Assembly: GCF_000143415.4 (NCBI RefSeq)
Contig: NW_003314352.1
Location: forward strand, 302,278 to 366,277
Origin: Selaginella moellendorffii
Lineage: Eukaryota; Plantae; Lycopodiophyta
Direction of reading: 5' to 3'
Length of the DNA stretch: 64,000 nt
Made by a program: the position numbers and the translations under genes. Positions 38,364-49,993 of the stretch are shown here, piece after piece. How positions within the stretch are numbered: the stretch's first letter is position 1; each line of letters starts with the position of its first letter. A model generated the notes under the pieces. That model saw only the letters and a list, made by a program, of their open reading frames with translations, was not told where the DNA came from and searched no databases.

Positions 38364-40708
38364 TTAAGCAGATCGACTAGGCCATTTTCGGTACATTCGT
38401 CCAAGGCGTAGGATCATCCGCTCGGTAACCCGGTACCGACCATGACCAAAACAATTTCCCTAAGCAATTCCTATAGCACCTCCTACGGTTTGGGTATCCG
38501 GGGGGTACCTGTATCATGGAAGACGAGGATTAGTAATGCAATCTCCACTAGCTCTATCTCTCATTTTGTGAAAGTATGAAGCTAGGTTTCTAAACTGAAC
38601 TGAGATTTGCATGACTGATGCTCGCAAGCCAATGTACTCACTTACATGCCCGGGCCGCACATCAGAAGTGACTTCCAAAGATTAGAGCTAAGGAGCATGC
38701 TCAACCTGATCGCTATCCGTTGACTCATGGATCTCGCTGTTTGGACCAGTCGCAGTCATCGTGTCTTTTTTCTAAGCGGATGATTAGAAGCTGGAACAGT
38801 CAATATCACAAGCACTACCTGGGCAGAGTCAGTGAGAGCCCCTTGTGTCGCTGTGGTGTTTAGTTCCAGCGCTCTGGCCAAGAGAGATTCCTACAGGCCA
38901 AGGGTAAAAGGACGCAGAAAAATGAATCGTTTGTACCCGTTTTTGCATGGCCAGGAATGCGGTAGTGAGATTCCTCATGACCTTAGTGGTGAGTGTAAGC
39001 TCGTTTTGAGCTATCCCCAAACAAACACTTCGTTGGTGCTGCTCATTCTTGCGGTGCGCAATGAAGCAGTTGTTGATCCTGGAGTGGGCGGGAAGTGTGC
39101 GTGGTTGTGCTAGCACACAGCCTTGCAGCAGCCCAAGCTTGCTCTGCTTGTGGATGTGCTCCTGGAGAATACGGCAGCAGCGGATGCAAGTGAGAAACCC
39201 TAACGTTAGGGTTTTTCCCGTCGCTTCATACCTTTCGGTGTGAGAAAATCCAGCGCCCGTAGCCATGAAGTCAAATAGCTATAGCTTGTAATTAGGTTTG
39301 CCTATCTGTACGGCGTGTTTCTTCGCGTGAGATTCTGTAAGGAATCCAAGGTTTTGTTTTTTACCATGCCACATCTACTCATGTGTCCCATTACTTTATC
39401 CATGGGGAAAACAGAGTTTTCTGTAAGTAAGGTTTCCTTTAAAAATTATTTTTAAGGAAGACTTTTGTGATTAAGCGTGGGATCTGCCTCAGAATGAGAG
39501 AGCAGCAACTTGTGTTGTATTTTCATTTACTAATCAAAACACAGTTGTAGTCAATGGTACGTCTACACATTTTAGTTCAACGCATAACCAAGGACTGCAT
39601 GGTAAGTTTGGGGGAACTAATTCTTTTGTTCACAGTCCAAAAAGGCATAAATATCGAATCTATTATGTTTCGATATGATGCTAAAGTGATGGATAGTCCT
39701 GTCAGAAGACAGAGTTCCTGGTGCTCAACTTGAGTTTGCTGAGTCGTCGAGCTGTGGTGGGCGATTGGCCAGTTCTCTCCAGATGTCAAAGAGAATTTCC
39801 ATGACTGCTTGCACCGGTGTTAGGGGGCTGGTGAGAATGATACGATCCAGACCACTAAGGATGAGTCGTCTCAATGCATAGCGATGGAATCCTTTTTCCA
39901 CGAAGCATTCAACGAGATTATCAATCTCGAGGATGACACCACCGGCAATGTTAATCAGATAGAAAAGCGCAAAGACTTGCCCCAGGATTACTTTGGATGA
40001 GTTTGCAACGGGGTGATTTGAATCTCGATGAATGTACAACGAGACTTTGAATGGAAGTGATTGGCGTTTGTCATATTTTGTGGTTAAGAAAGTACCATCA
40101 ACCCATATGATCTGGATCTGAAGGCTCAAGAAGTGAGCAGACAGATTCACGAGTGAGCCGTCCGTGCCTATGAATGGATTATCCATCTCATTTTGCATGG
40201 CAAGAAATCGTAATGGATATATCCAGAACAGATTTCCTTTGGATTCGACTTGATCAGGGTCAAGGAAGTGGAGGATCATGGGGTTATTCATTGACACCAG
40301 ATCGTCCATGTACCGGAAAGTGTGTTCAAATAGGCACAACAGATCGTACTGGCCTAAACGAGCGAGTCGAGTGATAAAGTTATACTCGAAATAGAATAGG
40401 TATAGGTTACACCACAAAGGCGAGCACGAAAAGCCCATAGGAATCCCTCGGACTTGTCTCCATACTCTATTACCTAGCCGGACGTATGTGTTCCAGATGA
40501 TAAAGTGATTTAGCTCGATGACTTTCGTTGGATCCATTCTGGTGGCCTTTACTGATGAGTGGTGTAGAGGTTTCCATTCGGCCTCAAGTTCGCCGTTCTT
40601 CTTTTGAATCAGAAAAAGGTCTTTATGGAGGTGGTTTTGGTGCATGAATGCCAAATTGACAAGGTTTGTCATGGCCATTGTGAGGCCTTGATTTCCCTCG
40701 AGGGGGAT
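38364..40708 (-). mobile_element. 5'-truncated Penelope-like retroelement (RT ORF 39725-40708 plus ~1.36 kb 3' region)
   Basis: RQVRGIPMGFSCSPLWCNLYL, FRYMDDL, IYP, HFLSLQI, KYDKRQSLPF..YIHRDSNHP: PLE-type RT core and thumb. No C-terminal GIY-YIG. Flanked by a 157-bp direct duplication. Confidence 0.85.
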
Positions 40709-43700
40709 GGATAGATGAGGTAAGCTAACAAATTGGAAAGGAAAAAATTGTGGCTTACATAAACGAAGTGACAATCCCAGATGTGTACCCTCTTACTCAC
40801 ACTGCTGATCTTTTAAATTGTCTAAGGAGAAGTCGTTGTTTCATCAAGCTAGATTTTGTTTTTGGGTACTAGCAAGTACTAATAGCTAAAGAAAATATTT
40901 TTAAAACTGTTTTTCATACATTATTTGGTTTGTATGAATTTTTGGTGATACCATTTGGTTTGAACAATGCTCAAGCAACTTTCTAGTAAATGATAGACAA
41001 AGTTCTTTACTATATGCTGGAGGTGACTGCTGACTTCATTGATGATGTCTTGATCCACTCAAAGGGGACGTGAGAGGAACACGTCCATGATGTTTGTAAA
41101 GTGTTGGATTGGCTACGAAACGTTAGTTTAAAGCTGAAGCGGTCAAAATGCATGTTTGGGTTTAAAAACACGAGTTATCTTGGGTATTGTATTTTTCGTG
41201 AGGGTTTGCAAGTTGATCCTGATAAACTTGTGATTGTTCTAAAGTTCCTTACTTCGAAGTATGTGAATGATGTGCAACGCTTCTTGGGCAAACTGTAGTA
41301 TCTCAGTTGTTTTATGGATTATCTTTCTAATCGCACTACACCATTGTGAGCATTGCTGAAGTCATTAATGTCATCATTCATCTGGTCTTTGGATTGTGAA
41401 TGGGCATTTATATATCTCAAAAAGCTATTGTCGACTCCTCCGGTTTTGGCATATCTTAATTACACTCAACCCTTCATTTTGTGTGTGATGCTTCTGATAT
41501 TAATCTTGGAGGAGTGTTGATACAAAGGACCTCGAGTGTGCTTAGTTAGCACCATCCCATTGCATATATAAGTTGTATATTACAACCAGTGGAAGTGAAC
41601 TACTCCACAACAAAAGAGTGTTTAGAAGCAGTCTAGGGTTTCGAGAAACTTCATGGTTTTCGAATGTTACTAGAAGGTGATTATGCCGTCATTACTTCTT
41701 TATTAAAGTGGAAGAACTTGGTTGGTTGTATTGCTTGGTGGGCTTTGAAGTTTCAAATATATGATTTTGATATTGTTCATCACCCGGGGAGTTCTATAGC
41801 TGATATTAATGCCTTTTTTCGAGCACTTCTTCCTTCTTCACTCTTTTATCATGTTTTTAACAAGCCTGTTGTTCTAGCATCTGTGAATTTTTTAGACGAG
41901 GATTCTGTGTCATCGGTAGTTGTTATACTTAACATTCAATGTCCACAAGGTGCAAAGAAAGATCTATCTTCTCTTAATGAAGTTTGCAAGGCTTAAAAGA
42001 TTGAGCCATAGCTTCAAAGGTTTTAAGATGGTTTTGAAATTCTTGCATCACTTATTGATGACTTGCCATTCTGACGTTTATATTCTCAATATCACCTTGA
42101 AAATGGCCTTATTTATTTTGTGGGGACGGATCTTAATGATCATTTATGACTGGTGGTGCCTTCCATCTTTATTCCACGATTTCTCCATACTTACCATGAT
42201 TCTCTTGTTTTAGGTGGGCATATGGACATTGTCATATGACTAAGAAGTTACACAGCTCTTTCTATTGACTAGAGATGCAATGTGATGTTATCCGGTATTT
42301 GCATAACTGCATTTGGTGCTAAGCTCGTAATACACCCCCCCATGTGGATAGTTAGAGTCAATTATAGTTTCCCATCTATTTGAGTTAGTAGCATTTGATC
42401 TTATGGGACCTTTTTCACGATCGACTCCTGGCAATAAATATGTTATTATTGCTTCTAACTATTTGATTCATTAGGTGGAAGTTGGTAGCACCTCTACAAC
42501 TTTTTTTGGATACTTCCTCCTTAATTGAGTGGTGTTCTAGCATTTTTGTCTGGAGCGGATTCTTTCGGATAATGGTCCGGCATTTATAGTTGAGGCATTT
42601 CATGTTTTGACGTCTTGATTGGGAATACACCACACTTTCACGAGTGTTTATCATCCATAGTCAAACAGTTTGGTGGAATGGCTCGTTTGGACATTCAAAG
42701 GAATGATCGCGAAGTATATGAACTTTTAAAATTCGAATTAGGATGGTTATTTACCATCTATTTAATATGCATATGTCATAGGGGTGTAGAGTTCTGTTGG
42801 TGCTTCACCATATAAACTCTTATATAATCATGATCTAATTTTACCAACAGAGTTGAGTTTACTTTCACGATTGCCATGAGTTGTTGATGCTAAATTGTGG
42901 GATTAGTATTTGATGAGCATTCTTCCACTTGTTCAAGAAGAGTCTACTGAACACTTAAGCCACGTATAAATGGGACAACAACAGCACTACAACTCCCATC
43001 ATCGTCCACTTGCAGAGTATAAAGTGAATGATTTGATGTTAGTCTATTTTCCCCATCTTACGGTATGTAGTTTATCTAAAGGGCTTTTTGCTCAATGGAA
43101 AGGACCATATCAGGTGTTGTAGTAAGTTGGACCACAAGTTTTTGAGGTTTGGCATTACGTTTAGCAGGCCGATCCTCCAAAAATTATGCATGTGCATCAG
43201 TTGAAACACTTCATATAAAGGGATCAAGAACAACTGACACCACCTACAGATCTGCCAGTGCCTCTTCTTGATGTTCCTCCAAATCCCAGTTTATTTACAA
43301 AAGAATCTTGATGGTCTTCCATTATTCCGAGAGGAAGGGATGATGTGAAGTTTAAGTGTATGGCTATAATGCCATATATTAATATTAGTGTAGTGGGATT
43401 TTGGTAGTTATCGGATTGGTTTCAATCCAAACCACTCACTCTTGTATATAAGCTAAGGTTTTTGGGCTAATTGATATGTACATTTTCTGTATTCCCTTTC
43501 TATATTCCATGCACTCACATATCAAAATATTTTCTAATATTTATTTATTACACAAAAATATTCTTAGCATATTCAAAAAATAATAATAAAAATTCAAAGT
43601 ATTCTTTAAACAGTAGTATATATTATAACAAAATATTCTTTAGTGAACTGTCTTGGCTGGCTCCCTTTTTGCCAACCCTACCAACAAAGTTTGGACAAGT

Positions 43701-44375
43701 TGAATGCAAAACAAATCCTTTAACAAGGCAGTTGGATATATACTCCACCATGTTAGCAAGGTGGCAAGGCGTGCATGACTTACAGTCCCTTCATCTAATG
43801 GCAGAATTCTGTTTTTATGGACTTGGGCGATAAATGGTAGGCCTTCCTCCTCTCAGGCGATTAAGTCAACTTTGTGTTCGTAAGCTTTGAATATCTCTTG
43901 GTTTCCATGGCAACCAGATCAGCGCTCTAATCAGCCCTATCCGATCGAGATGATGTAGAGATATTGGTGTCGTGATTGGAAGGCAAGCAGAGGATGTGTT
44001 TTGGTATGTTTTGACATTGGATATGACTGCAAGAAGCGCAGGAGAAAAGATTCCCATGCCCCATATTGGCTGGGATTCGTGTAGCCTCCTCCATCAGCAA
44101 TGCACTTAGAGAGTCAGTTGGAGGAGATTGATCTTGAGAGGAGGAAGGTACGTGGCTAGATGCAGATGGTATGCTCGGGGTATGTCTGTTGTCTTTGGAA
44201 AAATGTGTGTGATGGTGATCTTTTGCTTGAGCTTACATTCATTCCTAGACTAGCTTTTTCATCTTCCCACAGCTTTATGTTGACGTGTTTAAATTTCCAG
44301 AGTTGGGCTTTGCATCCGGCCAGCATTTGCTGGGCAATTTCTAGTAAGCACAGCTTTTAGTGATCGCTGATCTCT

Positions 44376-45294
44376 CTACCAGAAACAAAAGTAATCTCTG
44401 GGACAAAACATGTAGAACACCATGTCGATCTTGCTGCGCATGAGCGAGTGGTAGACGCACGGTGTGACCAAAGCCTGCCTTAGCCGCATCCAGCTTGGCC
44501 GCTCCACGAGTAGCTTCAAGCTCTTTCGCAGTGTCCTCCTGCCGAAGAAATCGACCACGCCCACCACCACTTCTCGGTTCTCCGTCTTGAAGCACAGCAA
44601 GGAGTAGTCGACCACCGAGTCATCCTGGGGCCAGAGAAACAAAGAGAAGATAAGCACACAAACAAGCGAAAGGAAACGTGTATGTTACCTGGAGAAACTG
44701 CGTGTCTCGCTTGACAATCTCCTCGAACCTGAGATACTCGAGCCCTGCTAAGTAGACAGGCTCCATCTTACTGCCAGACGCCTTGAGCTGGTATTGAGAG
44801 ACAACGTTCCCGGGAGGTTTTAAGTACTGCATGAGGACAATGTGGTTCACAGCATCTCCAGAGATTACCTGCATGCAAAGACGAAAGCACTGCGCCTATA
44901 AGATCATTGTCCTTCTAAACAAAAGTACAGTACAAAGAGTAGAACTCACCGTGAAAGCGCCATAGATCTTCACAAGCATCGTCCTGTTCCTGTTCGACGA
45001 AATGTAGTTGACATAAGCAGAGGCAAACCTCGAGAAGGAGCGGATCTCTTCAGCCGTAACCATCTGGAGGAGGAACCTCCGGTCCTGCGTGGGCCACTTT
45101 CCATCTTCGGAGGGCCTGCTTTTCACGGTCGAGAGGCTCCCTATCATCCTTGTCATCACAGGAAACGGCAGCGTAAGGATGCACCAGGCAGCGCTTATGG
45201 AGCAAATGAGGCACTCGGTTTCGTCGGGACCGTTTTCAATCGCAGGATCGGAGTCTTGCAGCGCTTCCAGCAAGCTCGAGAGCCACGGAGGCAA
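44376..45294 (-). CDS. Divergent FAB1/PIKfyve-like PIP-kinase domain protein (probable pseudo-kinase); more 5' exons likely up to ~46340
   Basis: QDRRFLLQMVTAEEIRSFSRFASAYVNY..LVKIYGAF; YQLKAS; RDTQFL..DSVVDYSLL..EVVVGVVDF, in the same order as the FAB1 kinase motifs. Canonical introns. Confidence 0.7.
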
Positions 45295-45559
45295 GCAAAA
45301 CTATTAGATTTAGAACACGCTATGACGGCTTTATGCACTCACCTGTGCTTCTCCGGTATTTCTACGCCGTTGTGTCGAGCTTGGTCCGTATCGAGGGTTC
45401 GTAAGCTTCTTCCTCTCGACGTCCGATGGTAGAATCAAACGTACCGTTGACATCTAGACAGCTGCATGAGACCCACAGTTACTCAACAAACAGAAAAAGC
45501 CTCTGCAAAGATGACGACACAGAATGACTGCTAGATCTCAAAACTGACACGAGAAAGAA

Positions 45560-46260
45560 AGATCGGCTCACCTCTCCAGAGAACACGTGAAACAATCGAC
45601 AATTATCGCTAGCAGCCTGCTGAGGAACACACAAACAAGCTCTTAGCAATGTAAACAAGGAACTTCACGCGCGGATAAGGTGGTCTATCGGAAAGAAAGT
45701 AAGTGCAAGAACGGGAGAGAAAGCTTGAAGTAATCTAAAACAGGTTGCTACTATCAAAAGTCGCAAGACTTTCGATCGGAAAGATCATCGGCTCACCCCT
45801 GCGAAGATATCCGGGAACAGTGCCAATAATCGCCAGCTCCAGAATCAAACCTGGGAGGAAAAGCGTCAGGCTTTGAGACAATCGCTACTACAACGTCCGC
45901 ATGAGAAAGTCCCTAGCTTTTCAGTCGGAAAGATCATCGGCTCACCTCTGCGAAGAAATCTGCGCAACAGTCGCAACAATCGCTAGCGCCGCGTCAAGCC
46001 TGGAACGAAAGAAGACAAGCTTTGAATGCCATTCTATCAACGAAAGCCGCAAGCTTCTCGAGCAAAGTGATCACGTCGGCGAAGAAATCTGTGCGACAGC
46101 AACGACGATCGCTCGCTCCACGCCTACACTTAGAATGTGAGTTAGATCGAAAGAAATCGCGGAGATTCTACGTCGCTCCTCTCTTTCTCTCTCGGATTCC
46201 CTTCCGAAAGAGAAAGAGAGGAGCTTCCGGCGAGTAAGATCATCGGCATACCTCTCCGAG
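45560..46260 (-). repeat. Tandemly repeated mini-exon/donor-site units (4-5 copies)
   Basis: agatcatcggctcacctctgcgaaga.atc.g..aacagt....a.aatcgc.agc recurs at ~45560, 45780, 45930, 46070 and 46238. Confidence 0.75.
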
Positions 46261-47238
46261 CAACAGCCGCTACTAGGCCTGCAAGTAAAGAAAAATGCGA
46301 GAAGAATGGGTAGTGAGAAAGAGCACAACACCATCTCCACCATCTACGAACCTCCGAGACGATCAAGACAGGAATGGAGCTCGCCGAGCCCTAATACTTG
46401 TGCCAACTCGGCATCCTAGTGGCAGCCACGTCATCCAGCCAGAGACCATAGTTTTGTTCGAGAGCCCCTGTATGTGCACCGTGGTCGCGGAGTAATCCAT
46501 CCATTTTGTTCGTGGTCGCCTAGCGAAAATCTGTGAAGTTCTTCTAGCAGCTAAATTTCCCAGCGTCCTTGCTGCTTCACAAGACGTCGATTCTGAATTA
46601 CAGTGATAACGAGAGCTAGAATCGTCGCTGACTTAGCTCCATCCTCCCGGGAAACAACGATTAATCGACGAAAATCTCAGGGGAGAGAAAGATTGATACC
46701 TATTGTACCGATCCTTGTGTCCCCAGCGTCTCACAAGCACTCGCGCAATCGATATTTCGATCTCGATCGATCGAAATGCAATCGACTAAAGATCGACACC
46801 TATCGTAAATCCTTGCAGAGCGCTCACAAGCGCTCGCTCAATCCATATTTCGATCCCTGCGACGCCAAGACGCAAATGCCTCGATCGATCGAAATGCCTC
46901 ACTGCCCTACAAACTTGGGAGCCTAAAGACCTAATTCCTAAAGAGCATCTCCCACGTGTCGGTATTACGCTCCACCAATCAAGCGCCTACAAGTAGCCGT
47001 TGGATACCTCCAAGCAATTCTGGACCGTCCGTGAGAGCGACGGCTGGGATTATTTCTCGGCCCTGCAAAGCGGCGTTCTTGTTTGCTCTCGTTGGGTTGA
47101 GAAGCTCCCGATCGCGGCATTGTCGTCAATCGATCCCTTGCTTCCAGCGCTGCTTCAGGTAATCTTGTGGCGGAGCGGGCGATCCAAGCTGAGCGCGTGT
47201 TTGATCGTGTGTTTCCAGGGTTTCTTGGCAAGAAGAAA

Positions 47239-48062
47239 ATGGCCGAGCAGCAGCCCGCGCCAGTGGAATCCACTCAGGTAAAAAGACAAATCTCACGGGG
47301 GGCATCGAAAATCTTCCAAAATCTTGCTCGTTCTTCCAGGAGCCGAAGCTCAAGTACCTGGGATTCTTCCAGGCGGCGCTGATCAAGGTGACCGTGGTCA
47401 TCGCCTCGCTCTACGAGTTCGCAAAGGAGAACTCGGGGCCTCTCAAGCCCGGCGTGGACAGCGTCGAGGGCACCGTCAAGACGGTGGTCGCGCCCGTGCT
47501 CCACAAGATCGAAGGGAGGCCAGCGGAGCTACTCATTCTCGTCGATAGCAAAGTAAGCTCTTTTCCTTCTTTCTTTCCAGCCATCTAGCTTTTCCTCTTT
47601 ACCTTTTTTTCTTTTCCAGCGATCTAGTGTGATTGACACATCTATCTCTTCTCTCAGGTGGACGAGATTGTCACGGCCCTCAAGAACTCTCTCCCCCAGT
47701 TCGTCAAGGAGCGATCCCAGCAAGCTTACGACATTGTCACTCAAGCTCCCGAGGCGGCCAGGAGCGTGGTGGGCGACGTCCAAAAGCGCGGAGTCTACGA
47801 GAGCGCTCGCGACTACTACAACAAGTATGAGCCGGTTGCCGAGGAGTGGTCTTACAGCGCTTGGACGGCGGCTCTCAAGCTCCCGGTGGTGCCGCAAGTC
47901 GTTCATCTGACAGCTCCAGTGGCGCTCTTTGGGGTGGAGAAGTTTAACTCGCTCGTCGTGGTGCTCAAGGAGAACAATGTCCCTCTGGCTGCCTACGTTC
48001 CGGAGCTGCCTCTCGAGAAGATCCAGCGCGCTGTGGAGATGGAGCCCGTGAAGCAAGCTTAG
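47239..48062 (+). CDS. REF/SRPP-like lipid-droplet-associated protein (3 exons)
   Basis: KLKYLGFFQAA..LYEFAKENSGPLKPGVDSVEGTVKTVVAPV..VDSKVDE, YEPVAEEW..AW..LP..PQV, EKFN..V, YVP.LPLEKI. Confidence 0.94.
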
Positions 48063-48201
48063 AGAAACAAGAAGAAAAAGGAGATGGAGGAATCGGGTTT
48101 GGTAGCAAGCTTCTTTCTCTTTCGTCGCTAGAAGTTCGTCGGAGGTATATATATACATCTATATATATATATATATATGGCTATGGACTTATAGAAATAA
48201 C

Positions 48202-48237
48202 TTTGTCCGTGTCATCCTGGCGCAGGGGCCATGCCAA
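48202..48237 (-). pseudogene. U6: U6 snRNA internal fragment (ISL region)
   Basis: Minus strand TTGGCATGGCCCCTGCGCCAGGATGACACGGACAAA versus U6 (recalled) TTAGCATGGCCCCTGCGCAAGGATGACACGCACAAA, 33/36. ACAGAGA box and ends absent. Confidence 0.8.
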
Positions 48238-48597
48238 AATAAACAGCTGAAAGTTCGTTCTTGAAAGAAAGTTTTGTTCAAAAGAGCTCAAGAACAACTG
48301 AAAAGTTCTCCTTTCCAAAGTTGTGGATTTTGTTTATAAGAGCTGAAGAACATAGTGTGATCTAGCTCCGATTTACAAAGCCGGGACCAAAAGAGCTTAA
48401 CTTTCTGCGTAGAAAAAACTCGGTATTTGATCTAGGAGCTTTGTGGCGGTGTTTAGGCAGCTCCAACGTTCGTGGAGCCAAGATCATCGAGTAGAGAGGA
48501 GTTGAGAAGTGGGAGCTGTGAACCAAACAAGGGAATTTTACAATGGCTGGCTTTGGCACGCACACACAAAACGCCTAGAGCCTCTTGTGCGCGCGCG

Positions 48598-49295
48598 CTA
48601 CATTCTCCTGCCTGCCTTTGCGTAAGGATATGGAGTGCTAAAGGGGTGAGCAACGGGCAACACCCGGAGGAGAACGTAAAGCGAGACGACCAAGTGTGGC
48701 ACGTACACCATGAGCAACCTGGATTTCTTGGCCGAGTGCGTGAGATAGATCTCCGAGAGCAATGGAACCTGTTTGCTAGGACGACTTTAGATCCCTCTAA
48801 AACGTTTTGGAGAGAATGGAAAACTGGGACGTACCAGACTCGTTGTGGAGTGAACTCCATACAAAATCCCTGTCAATCGTCCCCAGTCCTTTCCTGTGAG
48901 AGACGAAGGCCAGAACGAGCACCAAGAACAAGAAGCAAATGCAAACTTTAGTCATCTCTTTTGCCTGGAGCAACGAAGAAAGAAAGAAAGAACTGTGAAG
49001 CATACAACTGACCATAGTAGAAGGCCTTAGCGTTGAGGAAGAGCAATGGCAGCCGGAAGAAGAGGTCTGCCAAGACAATGCCCTTGAAGTAGGATGGCAT
49101 GTCCCTCATGAAAAAATCGCCATTGGCGCGGACGTGCCACTTGACGAGGCCCTGGAGGAACTTTGGGAAGAGCCACGACGGTAGCACCGCCTGCGCCTCG
49201 AGGAACAAGACGATGGGGATGTTGACGAGGAGAAAGATGACGACGATGACATCCAGAGGGCGTCTCCGGGGTGGGAGCCCTCGTCTCTGTGCCAT
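48598..49295 (-). CDS. TMEM97/EXPERA-domain membrane protein (3 exons)
   Basis: LDVIVVIFLLVNIPIVLFLEAQAVLP..FP..L..LVKWH..NGDFFM..PSYFKG; WGRLTGILYGVHSTTSL; LLMVYVP; stop at 48598-48600. Confidence 0.85.
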
Positions 49296-49993
49296 AAAGA
49301 AGGATCCTTGCTGCTGCTGCTGCTGCTGCGGCCTCCACTCCTAGGGCTAGAACTACTTCTTCTTGGCGATCTTGGTGACAAAATCGCCGCCGCCGCCACC
49401 GGGGACTCACCAGGTGATGGATTCATTCGCGGCGCCGCCGCCGCCGCCGCCCCCGCCGCAAGGACACCTCTTCTTGCCCCTGTCAAAGCCCTGTTGCTCC
49501 TCCATCGCCGCCGCGCGCGCGCCCCTGGGACTTTCTTCTTGGTAGGGTAACAGAAGGCGCGGCGCTTGCGTTCCGGATTGCTGACGTGGCGTGCCACCTG
49601 GCGGAATTCAAATTTCGGGATATTCGCGGCGGATGCGGGGGTGTTTAGGGTTTATGGGCGCGCTGGGCGGCGTCCCAGCTACTGGTCATCCGCGCGTGGA
49701 CGCGATCCATCAGGTGAGGATCTAGGTTATTTGACGCGCTGTTGATCACACTTTGTGTCACAGTTCGTAGCTTTCTCTTTCGTCCAGATCACACGCATCA
49801 CTTGCTTTTTCGCTTTTTTTTTTTGGCTTTTTCTTTGTCGCGTGGTGTGTTCCTCGTTGTTTTCTTCTCCGCCGCGTGATTCTGTAGCCGCGGTGGCTGC
49901 TGCTGCGATCGAGAATCTAGTCCCATCGCTTTATGAATTTTATTTTTTCCCTGAGTTGTTGGAGCATTGCCACCTGACTAGGAGGGGCTAGTC

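Larger units (their letters stand above)
35870..43519 (+). mobile_element. Degenerate Ty3/gypsy LTR retrotransposon (family B) with nested insertions; LTRs 35870-36045 and 43344-43519
   Basis: ~176-bp LTR pair. PBS tggtggaagtg at 36047; PPT gaggaaggga at ~43331. RT: KLDGSICFCIDYRLLN, YPL, KLDL, YEFLVIPFGLNNA, FIDDVLI. RNase H: CDASD, NYSTT. Integrase: DLMGPF, SDNG, YHP. Domain order RT-RH-IN. Confidence 0.92.

Noticed and set aside
38364-39724. Hammerhead ribozyme in the PLE 3' region
   Set aside because: No CTGANGA core found by eye on either strand.
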